Shown here piece by piece: positions 63,426 to 64,000 of a stretch of 64,000 nucleotides of DNA. Source of the DNA: Octopus sinensis (Eukaryota); contig NC_043018.1 in the NCBI RefSeq assembly GCF_006345805.1, forward strand, positions 5,146,001 to 5,210,000, in the 5' to 3' direction. The notes beneath the pieces are model-generated. The model had not been told where the DNA came from. It saw only the letters and a list, made by a program, of their open reading frames with translations, and ran no database searches. The translations under genes were made by a program, and so were the position numbers. The first letter of the stretch is position 1; the number at the start of each line of letters is the position of its first letter.

Positions 63426-63945
63426 TCGCTTCCTTATTTCAATAAATATTTCGAAGAAAAAATGTATGTTCAAGTCACTAACTGGATGACCGAAAACATC
63501 TAGTTCAGATGAAAAACGAGCTGGACTCAGAGTACGGGTTCAGATTGCATCGAATTACTGGCTGCAGAAGGCTTCCTCCTGGGGTTAGTATTGCAGTAAC
63601 GTTGATTCGTATGGAACAGCCATGTTTAAATGGCGATAGGTACTGCTTTCATCTCTTATTGAGATTTTTCTCTCAAGCTAACTTGCTTCATGCAAGATCC
63701 GTGACTGTATGTACTGGAATAAACTACTATGATTTCTAGCGGACGATTATCCACCACGACGGATGACCACAAATAGGTCGAAACTGTACGATCTGGTGGC
63801 CTTTTGGCTAGAAAATGGTATGGGTTCGTTGCATCAAATAAGCAGGTGGAGGGGCTCCATCCTGGGGTTAAAATGGCAGTTATGCCGGTTCCTGTTTATG
63901 TGGCGATAAGCATTAATCATATACATACATATATATATATGTATG

Positions 63946-63995
<50 letters not shown>

Positions 63996-64000
63996 ATGTA

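Overview
Eukaryotic, AT-rich, extremely microsatellite-rich genomic DNA with two 100-N assembly gaps (8182-8281, 43544-43643). The tRNA-derived SINE families and repeat spectrum resemble an octopus (coleoid cephalopod) genome; this is from recognition and has not been checked by a database search. No host protein-coding gene can be supported, so the window looks intronic or intergenic, and almost all ORFs in the track are microsatellite translations. Recognisable content is transposon-derived: about 30 SINE copies of at least 4 families; CR1-group, RTE, R4/Dong-like and possibly L1/Tx1 LINE remnants; a Penelope-like element (PLE; RT + GIY-YIG) plus several PLE terminal fragments; mariner (DD34D-type) and maT (DD37D-type) transposons; and a non-autonomous Helitron with canonical ends. 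The most interesting signals are: (i) two unrelated foldback palindromes (36426-36556 and 53033-53468), each carrying one hand-folded, core-intact type I hammerhead ribozyme on one arm and a core-mutated copy on the other, plus two more degenerate hammerhead vestiges; (ii) the dominant SINE shares its 3' end, including a covarying stem-loop, with the CR1-group LINE at 13436-14401; (iii) clean nested insertions with target-site duplications; (iv) a 5'/5' rearranged mariner end present twice at near identity; (v) a possible AG-ATG-GTGAGT microexon behind a 700-nt pyrimidine tract.
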